A stretch of 64,000 bases of DNA. It comes from Candidatus Krumholzibacteriia bacterium. GTDB lineage: Bacteria > Krumholzibacteriota > Krumholzibacteriia > LZORAL124-64-63. Positions 42,821 to 52,010 of this stretch are shown piece by piece. Below the pieces are notes generated by a model, which saw only the letters and a program-made list of their open reading frames with translations, did no database searches and was not told where the DNA came from. Position numbers and translations under genes: made by a program. Each line of letters begins with the position of its first letter. Within the stretch, counting starts at the first letter, position 1. The DNA is taken from assembly GCA_046484865.1 (NCBI GenBank), contig JAWOID010000071.1:1-64000 (forward strand), read 5' to 3'.

Positions 42821-45800
42821 ATGAGATCCCGACCGCTGCCGTCGACGCCACTCCCGGCGATGCCGCTCGCGGCGATGCTGTTCACGGCGGCGCTGCTCAC
42901 GGCAGCGCTGCTCGCCGCGGCGATGCCGCCGGCCGCCGCGCAGGCGCAGGGCTTCGGCCGCAACAAGGTCCAGTACGAGCGCTTCGACTTCCAGGTCGTC
43001 GAGACCGAACACTTCCAGATCTACCACTACCTGGACGACCCCGCGGTGGTGGACGACCACGCGCGCATGGCCGAGCGCTGGTACGCGCGCCTGCGCAGGG
43101 TGTTCGGGTCGGACCTGGAGCCCGGACAGCCGCTCGTCCTCTACGCGAACCACGCCGACTTCCAGCAGACCAACGTGGTCAACGTGCTGCTCAACCAGGG
43201 TACAGGCGGGGTGACCGAGGGCCTCAAGAACCGCATCGTCCTGCCCCTGACTCCTCTTTACGAGGAGAACGACCACGTCATCGGCCACGAACTGGTGCAC
43301 GCGTTCCAGTTCACCATCATGAACGAGCTGGGCCGGCGCTACGGAGCCCAGCGGCGTCTGCCGCTGTGGTTCGTGGAGGGCATGGCCGAGTACCTGAGCG
43401 TCGGCGGCAGCGGCGCCCTGACCGCGATGTGGCTGCGCGATGCGGCTCTGCGCGACGAGATCCCCACCATCGAGGACCTCGGCCATCCGCGCTACTTCCC
43501 CTACCGCTGGGGCCACGCCCTCTGGGCCTGGCTCGCCAGCCACTGGGGGGATGAATCCGTGGACCTGCTCATGCGCCGGACCGTGCAACTGGGGTTCGAC
43601 GCTGCGCTCGAGCAGGTGCTGGGTCTCACGCTGGACGACGCCGGCGAGCGGTTCCAGGAGGACGTCCGCCGCACGGCCGCCGCCCAGCTCACTGATCGCA
43701 TCCCGCCGCAGGAGACCGGCGAGCCGCTCGCGCTGGAAGGTCTCGGCTACAACTTCGCGCCGGCCCTGAGCCCGGACGGCCGCACCATGGCCCTGCTCTC
43801 GCAGCAGGAGATCCACTCGATCGACCTGTATCTCGTGGACGCCGTCACCGGCGAGGTGCAGGAGAAGCTCGCCGACTCGCGCACCGACGAACACTTCGAT
43901 GCGTTGCGGTTCATGAATTCTGCGGGCGCCTGGTCGCCGGACGGCCGCCGGTTCGCCTTCGTCGTCTTCGCCGAGGGAGACAACCGGGTGGCCCTGCTCG
44001 ACGTGGCGAGCCGGCAGGTGGAGCGCACCGTGGAACTGGACGGCGTGGACGCCATCACCGATCTGGCCTGGTCGCCGGACGGCACCACCCTTGCCGTGGC
44101 CGGCACGGCGCGCGGGCGCGGCGACCTGTTCCTGTACCGCCTCGACGACGGTTCGCTGGAGCAGCTCACCGACGACGCCCACGGCGAGATCATGCCCGCC
44201 TGGTCGCCCGACGGTCGCATGCTGGCGTTCGTCACCGACCGGGGCGCCGACACCGACCTGCAGGAGCTGCGTTTCGGTAGCCTCAAGATCGGTCTCCTGG
44301 ACTTCCGTACCGGGCGGATCGCCCTGGTGGCGCTGGACGGGCGCACGCGGCACATCAGCCCGCAGTTCTCGCCGGACGGACACAGTTTGTACTTCATCGG
44401 CGCGCCCGACGGGTTCAGCGACGTGTTCCGGTACGATCTCGGCGACAGCACCTTCCACCGGGTCACGCGCGTGGCCACCGGGGTGACCGGGCTGACCGGG
44501 AACTCGCCCGCGCTCTCGGTCGCCCGGGAGACCGGCAGACTGGCGTTCACGGTCTTCCACGACACCGAGTACCTGGTACGCACCTTGCCGGCGGAGGCCG
44601 CGCAAGGCGAGCCGCTGCCGCCCGCCCCCGCCGCGGCCCTGGAGGCGGCCGACGTCGTGCGTCCGGGAGCACGGCTGCCCCCCCTGGACGGCGAGCCCGG
44701 TCTGGTGGACGCCTACCTGTCCGAACCCCTGGAGGGCCTGCCCCGCACGGCGGACTACCCGCAGGAGGAGTACGATCCGGACATCAGCCTCGTCCACGTG
44801 GGGCAATCGGGCGTGGGCGTGTCGGTGGACCGGTTCGGAACCAACCTCGGCGGCGGCGCCACCTTCCTGTTCAGCGACATGCTGGGCAACCGGATCCTGA
44901 GCCTCACCGCCATGCTCCAGGGCAGCTTCGACAACGCCGGCGCCGAGGCCGTGTACCAGAACCTCGGCGGCCGCTGGAACTGGGGTGTGGCGGCCGGCCA
45001 CATCCCGTACCGGTCGGCGTTTCTCTCGGTGCGGCGCGGTACCGAGGAGGTGGACGGCGAGGTGCGGGACACCCTCATCCAGGAGTTGATCATCGAACAC
45101 ACCGCGGTGGACCGGGCGGCGGGGGTGGTCGAGTACCCGCTGTCGGTGAACCGGCGCTGGGAACTGGCCGCCGGCTACAGCCGCATCAGCTACCACTACG
45201 AGAGCCAGGTGGTGGAGTATCTCGACGACGTGCTCATCCGGGCGGAGGAGCGCGACCTGCCGGATCCGGCCGGACTGGACCTCTTCGAGTCGTCGCTGGC
45301 GTACGTGGGCGACTACTCGTTCTTCGGCTTCACCAGCCCCGTCACCGGCAAGCGCTTCCGCCTGGAGGTCTCGCCCACCTTCGGCACGCTCGACTACGCC
45401 ACGGTGCTGGCCGACTACCGGCACTACTTCCAGCTGGCGCCGGCGTTGACGCTCGCGATGCGCGGACTGCACTACGGTCGCTATCTGGGCGACGCGGAGG
45501 ACCGCCGCCTCTCGAGCCTCTACGTGGGGCAGCCCACGCTGGTGCGCGGCTACGAGCTGGAGGACATCAGGCTGGTGGAGTGCACCGAGGTGGGGCCGGA
45601 CCGCCGCTGCGCGGAAGTGGACCGGCTCATCGGCTCGCGCCTCGGCGTGCTGAACCTGGAGCTGCGGGTGCCGGTGCTCGGGACCGAGGCGTATGGTCTG
45701 GTGGACTTCCCCTGGCTGCCCACCGAGCTGGCGCTGTTCCTCGACGGCGGCGTGGCCTGGACGGAGGCCGACGAACCCGTGTTCGAGCTGGTGCGGGAGT

Positions 45801-45949
45801 CGACCCAGCGGGTGCCGGTCTTCAGCGCCGGCGTGGCGGCGCGGATGAACCTCTTCGGGGTCCTGGTCCTGCAGACGTACCTGGCCCTCCCCTTCCAGCG
45901 CCCGCACGAGGACAGCACGTTCGGATTCGTGCTGGCCCCCGGCTGGTGA
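42821..45949 (+). CDS. Peptidase MA-like, PD40/TolB propeller and Omp85 (BamA/TamA) barrel fusion
   Basis: Signal peptide; HELVH and WFVEGMAEY; five (W/L/F)SPDG repeats; LVRGY and FLDGG Omp85 motifs; terminal Trp. Confidence 0.8.
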   Translation: MRSRPLPSTPLPAMPLAAMLFTAALLTAALLAAAMPPAAAQAQGFGRNKVQYERFDFQVVETEHFQIYHYLDDPAVVDDHARMAERWYARLRRVFGSDLEPGQPLVLYANHADFQQTNVVNVLLNQGTGGVTEGLKNRIVLPLTPLYEENDHVIGHELVHAFQFTIMNELGRRYGAQRRLPLWFVEGMAEYLSVGGSGALTAMWLRDAALRDEIPTIEDLGHPRYFPYRWGHALWAWLASHWGDESVDLLMRRTVQLGFDAALEQVLGLTLDDAGERFQEDVRRTAAAQLTDRIPPQETGEPLALEGLGYNFAPALSPDGRTMALLSQQEIHSIDLYLVDAVTGEVQEKLADSRTDEHFDALRFMNSAGAWSPDGRRFAFVVFAEGDNRVALLDVASRQVERTVELDGVDAITDLAWSPDGTTLAVAGTARGRGDLFLYRLDDGSLEQLTDDAHGEIMPAWSPDGRMLAFVTDRGADTDLQELRFGSLKIGLLDFRTGRIALVALDGRTRHISPQFSPDGHSLYFIGAPDGFSDVFRYDLGDSTFHRVTRVATGVTGLTGNSPALSVARETGRLAFTVFHDTEYLVRTLPAEAAQGEPLPPAPAAALEAADVVRPGARLPPLDGEPGLVDAYLSEPLEGLPRTADYPQEEYDPDISLVHVGQSGVGVSVDRFGTNLGGGATFLFSDMLGNRILSLTAMLQGSFDNAGAEAVYQNLGGRWNWGVAAGHIPYRSAFLSVRRGTEEVDGEVRDTLIQELIIEHTAVDRAAGVVEYPLSVNRRWELAAGYSRISYHYESQVVEYLDDVLIRAEERDLPDPAGLDLFESSLAYVGDYSFFGFTSPVTGKRFRLEVSPTFGTLDYATVLADYRHYFQLAPALTLAMRGLHYGRYLGDAEDRRLSSLYVGQPTLVRGYELEDIRLVECTEVGPDRRCAEVDRLIGSRLGVLNLELRVPVLGTEAYGLVDFPWLPTELALFLDGGVAWTEADEPVFELVRESTQRVPVFSAGVAARMNLFGVLVLQTYLALPFQRPHEDSTFGFVLAPGW

Positions 45950-46094
45950 GCGGGTCGACCCGGACGGACCCCCGCCGGACGGCCCCGGGGCGACGGCGCA
46001 GCCAATCGGGCCTGCCCCGATGGGCGGTCGCCCGGCCCCCGACTGCGTTGTGGATGGTGCGCGCATTCCGGATCGTTGCGGAAGGAGACAGAGC

Positions 46095-46523
46095 ATGTGG
46101 TTCGCCGATCTGGTCGCCGTCTTCCTCGTCGCGCTCATCTTCACCGCCATCCTGGCGGCGGTCGTGGGGTGGAGACATCCGGCCCGCGCCGATGACGACG
46201 CCGGTGTGGCGGGCGCCGCCATCTTCCTCTTCGTGATCCTCTTCTTCGCCGTCTGGGCCGGCGGAGCGTGGATCGGTCCGTTCGGACCGGTGCTCTGGAC
46301 GGGCTACTGGCTGCCCTTCCTGCTGGTGGGATTCGTGGTGGCCGCCCTGTTCGCCGCGGCTGCCGGTCCGCGGCGCCCGCGTAGCCGCGCCGAGGCCGCG
46401 GCCGAGGCCCGCGCGGAAGCGCGCCAGGCCGAGGCGGAACGGCGGGCGGCGCCCATCTTCGGCGCCTTCTTCTGGATCCTCGTGCTGCTGCTGTTGCTGG
46501 CTGTGATCGCAGCTTACGTGTGA
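46095..46523 (+). CDS. Small multi-TM membrane protein
   Basis: AAGGAG RBS; about four hydrophobic segments. Confidence 0.7.
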   Translation: MWFADLVAVFLVALIFTAILAAVVGWRHPARADDDAGVAGAAIFLFVILFFAVWAGGAWIGPFGPVLWTGYWLPFLLVGFVVAALFAAAAGPRRPRSRAEAAAEARAEARQAEAERRAAPIFGAFFWILVLLLLLAVIAAYV

Positions 46524-46556
46524 CGCGGCTTGTGACGCCTGCGTGTGACGCCTCCG

Positions 46557-47024
46557 CTATCCGCGCCCGCGACGGTACCGCCCCATGAGATCGGCCTCAT
46601 CGAGGACATGGGAGGCGAGTGCCTCTTGCACCTCGACCCGGGTCGAGCCTTCGGGCAGTTCCAGCGTGGCCACGTCCAGGGCGTGGAGCCGGAAGACGTA
46701 GCGATGGCCGCCGTCGCCGGCAGGCGGGCACGGCCCGCGGTAGCTGGTGGTCTGGAAGTCGTTGCGGCCGGTCACGCCCACGCCGGCGACGCCCCTCGCC
46801 AGCTGGCGGGTGTCGGCGGGAATGTCGAACAGCACCCAGTGGGTGAAGATCTCGGACGAGGCGTCCAGGTCCTCCACCACGACGACGAAGCTGCGGGTCT
46901 CTTCGGCGACGTGCTCCCACGAGAGCGGCGGGGAGACGTTCGAGCCGTCGCAGGTATGGGTGCTCGGGATGTCGGCGCCATGCCGGAAGGCCGAGCTGAC
47001 GAGGCGGAAGTTCTGCCGGGCCAT
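46557..47024 (-). CDS. YbhB/YbcL (PEBP/Raf kinase inhibitor-like) protein
   Basis: TCDGSNVSPPLSW, FTHWVL, GRNDF, YRGPCPP and HRYVFRLHALD motifs. Confidence 0.92.
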   Translation of the reverse strand: MARQNFRLVSSAFRHGADIPSTHTCDGSNVSPPLSWEHVAEETRSFVVVVEDLDASSEIFTHWVLFDIPADTRQLARGVAGVGVTGRNDFQTTSYRGPCPPAGDGGHRYVFRLHALDVATLELPEGSTRVEVQEALASHVLDEADLMGRYRRGRG

Positions 47025-47066
47025 GAGTTCTCCTTTCGAGACGGCTGGCCGTCGGTGCGCTGCGGT

Positions 47067-47567
47067 TCAGCCGGAGAGCGACTGATCGGCATGGGGAGCG
47101 TCGGTGAAACCGAACACGCCGTCGGGGCGCAGAAGCAGGACGCGCCGGACCTGCGGCACAGGCGGCGACCAGGCGACCGGCGAGGAGGTGGGCGGCGGCT
47201 CCGCCGCGGGCCGGTCCGGATCCGCCGGCCCCGTCGCATCCGGCTCCCTCGCGGTGACGGGCCGCTCGCCCGGCACCCAGCCGTCGAGCATGGCGTCCTC
47301 GCTGACGCTCTCCACCGTACCGACGATCTGGTATCCGTGCGAACCGTCCGGCGGCCGGACCACGAGGGTCAGGCGCGGATTGGACGCGAGATTGTCCATC
47401 GTCGTGGCGCAGAACCAGGCGGTGACCTCGAGCCGGTCGGCACCGCTTCGCGCCAGGCTCGCCGCCGTGGCCACGTGCGGCGTGCCGTCCCGACCGGTGG
47501 TGGCGATGATCAGAGGTCCCTTGCGGCGCGCGATCGCCACGGCGTCCTCCAGGTGGCGGATATCCAT
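47067..47567 (-). CDS. Pyridoxamine 5'-phosphate oxidase-like FMN-binding protein
   Basis: IIATTGRDGTPHV, TMDNLASNP and GYQIVG split-barrel motifs; starts 2 nt after the pcm fusion stop. Confidence 0.7.
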   Translation of the reverse strand: MDIRHLEDAVAIARRKGPLIIATTGRDGTPHVATAASLARSGADRLEVTAWFCATTMDNLASNPRLTLVVRPPDGSHGYQIVGTVESVSEDAMLDGWVPGERPVTAREPDATGPADPDRPAAEPPPTSSPVAWSPPVPQVRRVLLLRPDGVFGFTDAPHADQSLSG

Positions 47568-47569
47568 CG

Positions 47570-49621
47570 TCACACTCCGAAAGGATAGGTGTCGGGAACG
47601 CCGGCGAGATCGACCGTCGCCAGCGGGCGCACGGCCTCGGTCTCGGCCACGAAGATCCACTCGTCGAACTGCTCGGGCAGTACGGCCTGGAAGTAGTGGC
47701 TCGCCAGCTCGGATTCGGGGCGGTAGATGACACCGATGGCGCGCTCCAGACGCGGGTCGGACAGCGCACGGCGTACCTCGTCGGCCGCCGCGCCGCCCCT
47801 CAGGGGCAGCGCGAAGCGCTCGGCGCCGCTGTCGCGGCAGGCCGCCTCGTAGCTGTCGGGCAGAGCCGGACGCACACGCTTGATCTCCATCGGGCCGCCC
47901 CAGTCGGTGGCCGCGGCCACCGTGCCGCGATCGGTCCCGAACCCGACGAGGTAGGCGCCGTCCCCGTACTCGTCGCGGCAGAGCTGACCCACGTTGTGCT
48001 CTCCTCGCGCCCCCATCTCGGTGGCGCGGGCGTTGCCCACGTGGCTGTTGTGCTCCCAGACCACCGCGCGCGAACCGGCGCCGTGGAAGGACCGCAGCGC
48101 CTGCAGGGTCTCGAACATGTGGCTGTCGCGCAGATTCCACGACTCTCGCGAGCCGTAGTACATCACCCGGTAGTAACGCTCCGCGTTGCTCACCAGGCGC
48201 GCGTTCTGCATCGCATCGAGATAGCGGTGGCCGTCCTGCCCGATGTAGCGCAGGCGGTTCTCCAGCAGGTCGCCGAGGGTGGCCAGGACCTTCTGCTCGC
48301 ATTCCCGGTAGCCCTTCGTGAGGGCCGCCCTCCCGTAAGCCGCGGGATCGCGCTCCCAGGGCTCGAGGCACTCGTAGCGGCGACGCGCCACCGACGCAGC
48401 CTCCGGGTCCACCTCGTCCAGATACCGCAGGACGGCGTCCATGGAGGTGTAGAGGCTGTACAGATCCAGGCCGTGGAATCCCACGCGCTCGGCCGGGGAC
48501 AGCCCGGCGTTGTGGTGGCGCAGCCAGTCGACGAATTCGCGCACCTCCTGGTTGCGCCACATCCAGGTGGGAAACCGCGCGAAGGCCTGCCAGTCGGCCG
48601 GCGGCGACGCGAGGTCGCGGACCCAGTGGTCGATGCGCGCCGCGTCCGGCCAGTCCGCCTCCACCGCCACCATGCCGAAGCCGGCGCGCTCGACGAGGGC
48701 TCGCGTGAGCCGGGCCCGCAGGCGATAGAACTCCGACGTGCCGTGGGTGGCTTCGCCCAGCAGCACCACCCGCGCGTCTGCCACGCGCTCGAGGAACGCG
48801 TCCGTGTCCAGGTCGAGTCCGGTGAACGTCTGGGCGTGGCGGCCGATCACCTCGGGAGCACCGGCGGCGGGCCCGATCGCGGCCGGCGGCGCCATCCCGG
48901 GTTCCTGCGCCCGGGGAGCGGCCGCGGATCCGTGCGGGGCCGCCGGTCGGCCCACGTCCGCACTGCCGGCGTCGCTCCACCCCTCGGCGCCGATGAGAGG
49001 CACGAAGCGCACCGGAGCGAGCGTGCTCTCCTCGTAGCGCTCGACGCTCACCCGCGTCACCCTCACCAGCTGCTGCTCGTAGGCGTTGGGCCCCACCGGG
49101 ATCACCAGCCGCCCGCCCACCGCGAGCTGTTCGCGCAGGCTGGCCGGGATCCGCGGGCCCGCGGCCGCCACCGTGATGGCGTCGAAGGGAGCCCGCTCCG
49201 GAAAGCCGCGGGTGCCGTCGCCGTGAACGATGCTCACGTTGTCGTAGCCGAGGTCGGTGAGCCGCCGCCGGGCGGCGTCGGCCAGCTCGGCGTGCCGCTC
49301 CACGGCCACGACCTCGGCCACCATGCGACTCATCACCGCCGCCGCGTAGCCGGAACCGGCGCCGATCTCCAGCACCCGGTCTTCCGGTTCGAGATCGAGC
49401 GCGTCGATCATCGCGGCCACGATGTACGGCTGGGAGATGGTCTGGTCGCTCCCGATGGGCAGCGGACCGTCTTCGTAAGCGTAGTCTCTCAGTTCGGGCG
49501 GAACGAACGCCTCCCGCGGGACCGTGCGCATGGCCTCCAGCAAGCGGGCGTCACGAATACCCCGGCCGGCGATCTGGTGCTCGACCATGCGGCGGCGCTG
49601 TGTTGCCGGATCGCGGTTCAT
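47570..49621 (-). CDS. pcm: Protein-L-isoaspartate O-methyltransferase fused to an erythromycin esterase-family domain
   Basis: VPREAF, QTISQP, VLEIGAGSGY and VRFVPLIG (PIMT); LLGEATHG, EADWPD, RDSHM and WEHNSH (EreA-like). Confidence 0.9.
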   Translation of the reverse strand: MNRDPATQRRRMVEHQIAGRGIRDARLLEAMRTVPREAFVPPELRDYAYEDGPLPIGSDQTISQPYIVAAMIDALDLEPEDRVLEIGAGSGYAAAVMSRMVAEVVAVERHAELADAARRRLTDLGYDNVSIVHGDGTRGFPERAPFDAITVAAAGPRIPASLREQLAVGGRLVIPVGPNAYEQQLVRVTRVSVERYEESTLAPVRFVPLIGAEGWSDAGSADVGRPAAPHGSAAAPRAQEPGMAPPAAIGPAAGAPEVIGRHAQTFTGLDLDTDAFLERVADARVVLLGEATHGTSEFYRLRARLTRALVERAGFGMVAVEADWPDAARIDHWVRDLASPPADWQAFARFPTWMWRNQEVREFVDWLRHHNAGLSPAERVGFHGLDLYSLYTSMDAVLRYLDEVDPEAASVARRRYECLEPWERDPAAYGRAALTKGYRECEQKVLATLGDLLENRLRYIGQDGHRYLDAMQNARLVSNAERYYRVMYYGSRESWNLRDSHMFETLQALRSFHGAGSRAVVWEHNSHVGNARATEMGARGEHNVGQLCRDEYGDGAYLVGFGTDRGTVAAATDWGGPMEIKRVRPALPDSYEAACRDSGAERFALPLRGGAAADEVRRALSDPRLERAIGVIYRPESELASHYFQAVLPEQFDEWIFVAETEAVRPLATVDLAGVPDTYPFGV

Positions 49622-49793
49622 GCCTCTCCCTCCCGGAGCGGTATCGGCCCCGGGAGGCAAGTTAGAGGCGAAGCGGCCGCGGCCGCCAACGGCATGCGAC
49701 CGCGCTCGCGCGGAGGTGGGAGGATCCCGGATTCTCGCCCCGGCGGGCCCCGGCGGACGATCGGCAGCGGCCCGGAACTCGCTGCGGGCTGCC

Positions 49794-49845
49794 CGAATCG
49801 CCCGCCTAGCCCGGATGATTCATGAATCATCCGGGCTAGTCGCCG
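49794..49845. repeat. Direct repeat copy 2, containing a perfect 34-bp palindrome (49806-49839)
   Basis: CGAATCGCCCGC-CTAGCCCGGATGATTCATGAATCATCCGGGCTAG-TCGCCG; overlaps the mutB stop codon. Confidence 0.7.
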
Positions 49846-52010
49846 AAGCCGAGCCGGCGGTTCAACTCCATGATCAGCTCCCGGGCCGCGTCCGGAATCA
49901 CCGTGCCGGGCCCGAAGATCGCCGCGGCGCCGTGCTCGCGCAGCTGGGCGTAATCCTGCGCCGGGATGACGCCGCCGCAGATGACGAGGATATCGTCCCG
50001 CCCGAGGCGGCGCAGCTCGGCCACGAGTTGCGGCAGCAGCGTCTTGTGCCCCCCGGCGAGGGAGGAGATCCCCACCACGTGGACGTCGTTCTCCACCGCC
50101 TGGCGCGCGGTCTCCTCGGGGGTCTGGAAGAGCGGCCCCACGTCCACGTCGAAGCCCAGGTCGGCGAGCGCCGTGGCCACCACCTTGGCGCCGCGGTCGT
50201 GTCCATCCTGGCCCATCTTCGCCACCAGGATACGCGGCCGGCGCCCCTCCCGCCGGGCGAAGCGGTCGATCAGCATGCGCACGTCGTCGATGTTCGCGTC
50301 CTTTCCGAAGGCTGCGCCGTAAACGCCTGATATCGTGCGGATTTCAGCCTTGTGGCGCCCGACGACCTTCTCCATGGCCCCGCTGATCTCGCCCAGCGTG
50401 GCGCGCGCCCGGGCGGCCTCCACCGAGAGGGCCAGCAGGTTCCCCGCCCCGGTCTCGGCACAGCGGCCGAGCGCCTCCAGGGACGACTCCACCCTGGCCG
50501 GATCACGCTCTCGCCGGAGCCGCTCGAGCCGCTCGAGCTGCTGCCGGCGCACCTCGGTGTTGTCCACCTCGAGGATCTCGATGGGATCCTCGTGCTCCAG
50601 CCGGTAGCGGTTCAAGCCGACGATGATCTCCTGCCCCGAATCGATGCGAGCCTGACGCCGCGCCGCCGCCTCCTCGATGCGCAGCTTGGGCAGGCCGGTC
50701 TCGATGGCGCGGGCCATGCCCCCGTGCTCCTCCACCTCGCGGATGTGCCCCCAGGCACGGTGCATCAACTCGTGGGTGAGCCGCTCCAGGTAGTAGCTGC
50801 CGCCCCACGGATCCACCACGCGGGTGATCCCGGTCTCGTCCGCCAGGTAGAGCTGGGTGTTGCGGGCGATCCGCGCCGAGAAGTCCGTGGGCAGGGCGAT
50901 GGCCTCGTCCAGCGCGTTCGTGTGCAGCGACTGCGTGTGTCCGAGCACTGCGGCCATGGCCTCGATGCACGTGCGCACCACGTTGTTGAACGGATCCTGC
51001 TCCGACAGCGACCAGCCGCTGGTCTGGGAGTGGGTGCGCAGGGCCAGCGACCGGCGATCGGCGGGAGCGAAGTCCTTCATCAATTTCGCCCACAGTAGCC
51101 GGCCCGCCCGCAGCTTGGCCATCTCCATGAAATAGTTCATCCCCTCGGCCCAGAAGAACGAGAGGCGCGGCGCGAAGCGGTCGACCGGCAGTCCGGCGCT
51201 CAGACCCGTGCGGACGTACTCCACGCCGTCGGCGAGGGTGTAGGCCAGCTCCAGGTCGGCCGTGGCGCCCGCCTCCTGCATGTGGTAGCCGCTGATGGAG
51301 ATGGAGTTGAAGCGCGGCAGGTTCTGCGCCGTGTAGGCGAAGATGTCGCCGATGATCCGCATCGAGAAGCCGGGCGGGTAGATGTACGTGTTGCGGACCA
51401 TGTACTCCTTGAGGATGTCGTTCTGGATCGTCCCGCTGAGCCGGTCCAGACGCGCACCCTGCTCCTCGGCGGCCACGATGTAGAACGCCATCACCGGCAG
51501 GACGGCGCCGTTCATCGTCATGGAGACCGAGATCTCGTCGAGAGGAATGCCGCGGAAGAGGACCTCCATGTCGAGGATGGAGTCGATCGCCACGCCGGCC
51601 TTGCCCACGTCTCCGATCACGCGCGGATGATCGCTGTCGTAACCGCGATGGGTGGCCAGGTCGAAGGCCACCGACAGCCCCTTCTGCCCGGCCGCGAGAT
51701 TGCGCCGGTAGAAGGCGTTGCTCTCCTCGGCGGTGGAGAAGCCGGCGTACTGCCGCACGGTCCACGGGCGGGTGACGTACATCGAGGCGTACGGGCCGCG
51801 CAGGTAGGGCGGGAACCCGGCGAGATGGTCCAGATGCTCGAGACCGGCCATGTCCTGCGGGCCGTACAGCGGCTTCACCGGGATCTGTTCGCCGGTGATC
51901 CAGGGCTCGTGCCGGCCGGCGGCGGCGATGCATGCCTGCCGCGATTCGCGGTCGCCGGCGGCGAGATCCGGATCGAGGGCGACGCGCGTGAAGTCGGGGA
52001 TCCGGGTCAT
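49836..52010 (-). CDS. scpA: Methylmalonyl-CoA mutase, large catalytic B12-binding subunit (MutB/ScpA)
   Basis: [36 protein letters not shown] and GQDGHDRG B12 motif. Confidence 0.97.
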   Translation of the reverse strand: MTRIPDFTRVALDPDLAAGDRESRQACIAAAGRHEPWITGEQIPVKPLYGPQDMAGLEHLDHLAGFPPYLRGPYASMYVTRPWTVRQYAGFSTAEESNAFYRRNLAAGQKGLSVAFDLATHRGYDSDHPRVIGDVGKAGVAIDSILDMEVLFRGIPLDEISVSMTMNGAVLPVMAFYIVAAEEQGARLDRLSGTIQNDILKEYMVRNTYIYPPGFSMRIIGDIFAYTAQNLPRFNSISISGYHMQEAGATADLELAYTLADGVEYVRTGLSAGLPVDRFAPRLSFFWAEGMNYFMEMAKLRAGRLLWAKLMKDFAPADRRSLALRTHSQTSGWSLSEQDPFNNVVRTCIEAMAAVLGHTQSLHTNALDEAIALPTDFSARIARNTQLYLADETGITRVVDPWGGSYYLERLTHELMHRAWGHIREVEEHGGMARAIETGLPKLRIEEAAARRQARIDSGQEIIVGLNRYRLEHEDPIEILEVDNTEVRRQQLERLERLRRERDPARVESSLEALGRCAETGAGNLLALSVEAARARATLGEISGAMEKVVGRHKAEIRTISGVYGAAFGKDANIDDVRMLIDRFARREGRRPRILVAKMGQDGHDRGAKVVATALADLGFDVDVGPLFQTPEETARQAVENDVHVVGISSLAGGHKTLLPQLVAELRRLGRDDILVICGGVIPAQDYAQLREHGAAAIFGPGTVIPDAARELIMELNRRLGFGD

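Noticed and set aside
40999..42966. Apparent 941-aa EcsC fusion
   Set aside because: The upstream part overlaps the phosphoesterase and NTase genes; EcsC starts at GTG 40998
47570..48900. Macrolide resistance gene (ereA/ereB)
   Set aside because: Family-level motifs only, fused to PIMT, and no resistance-cassette context
38016..49793. Active mobile element or prophage
   Set aside because: No integrase, transposase or phage genes, and composition looks like the flanks; kept only as a possible old insertion
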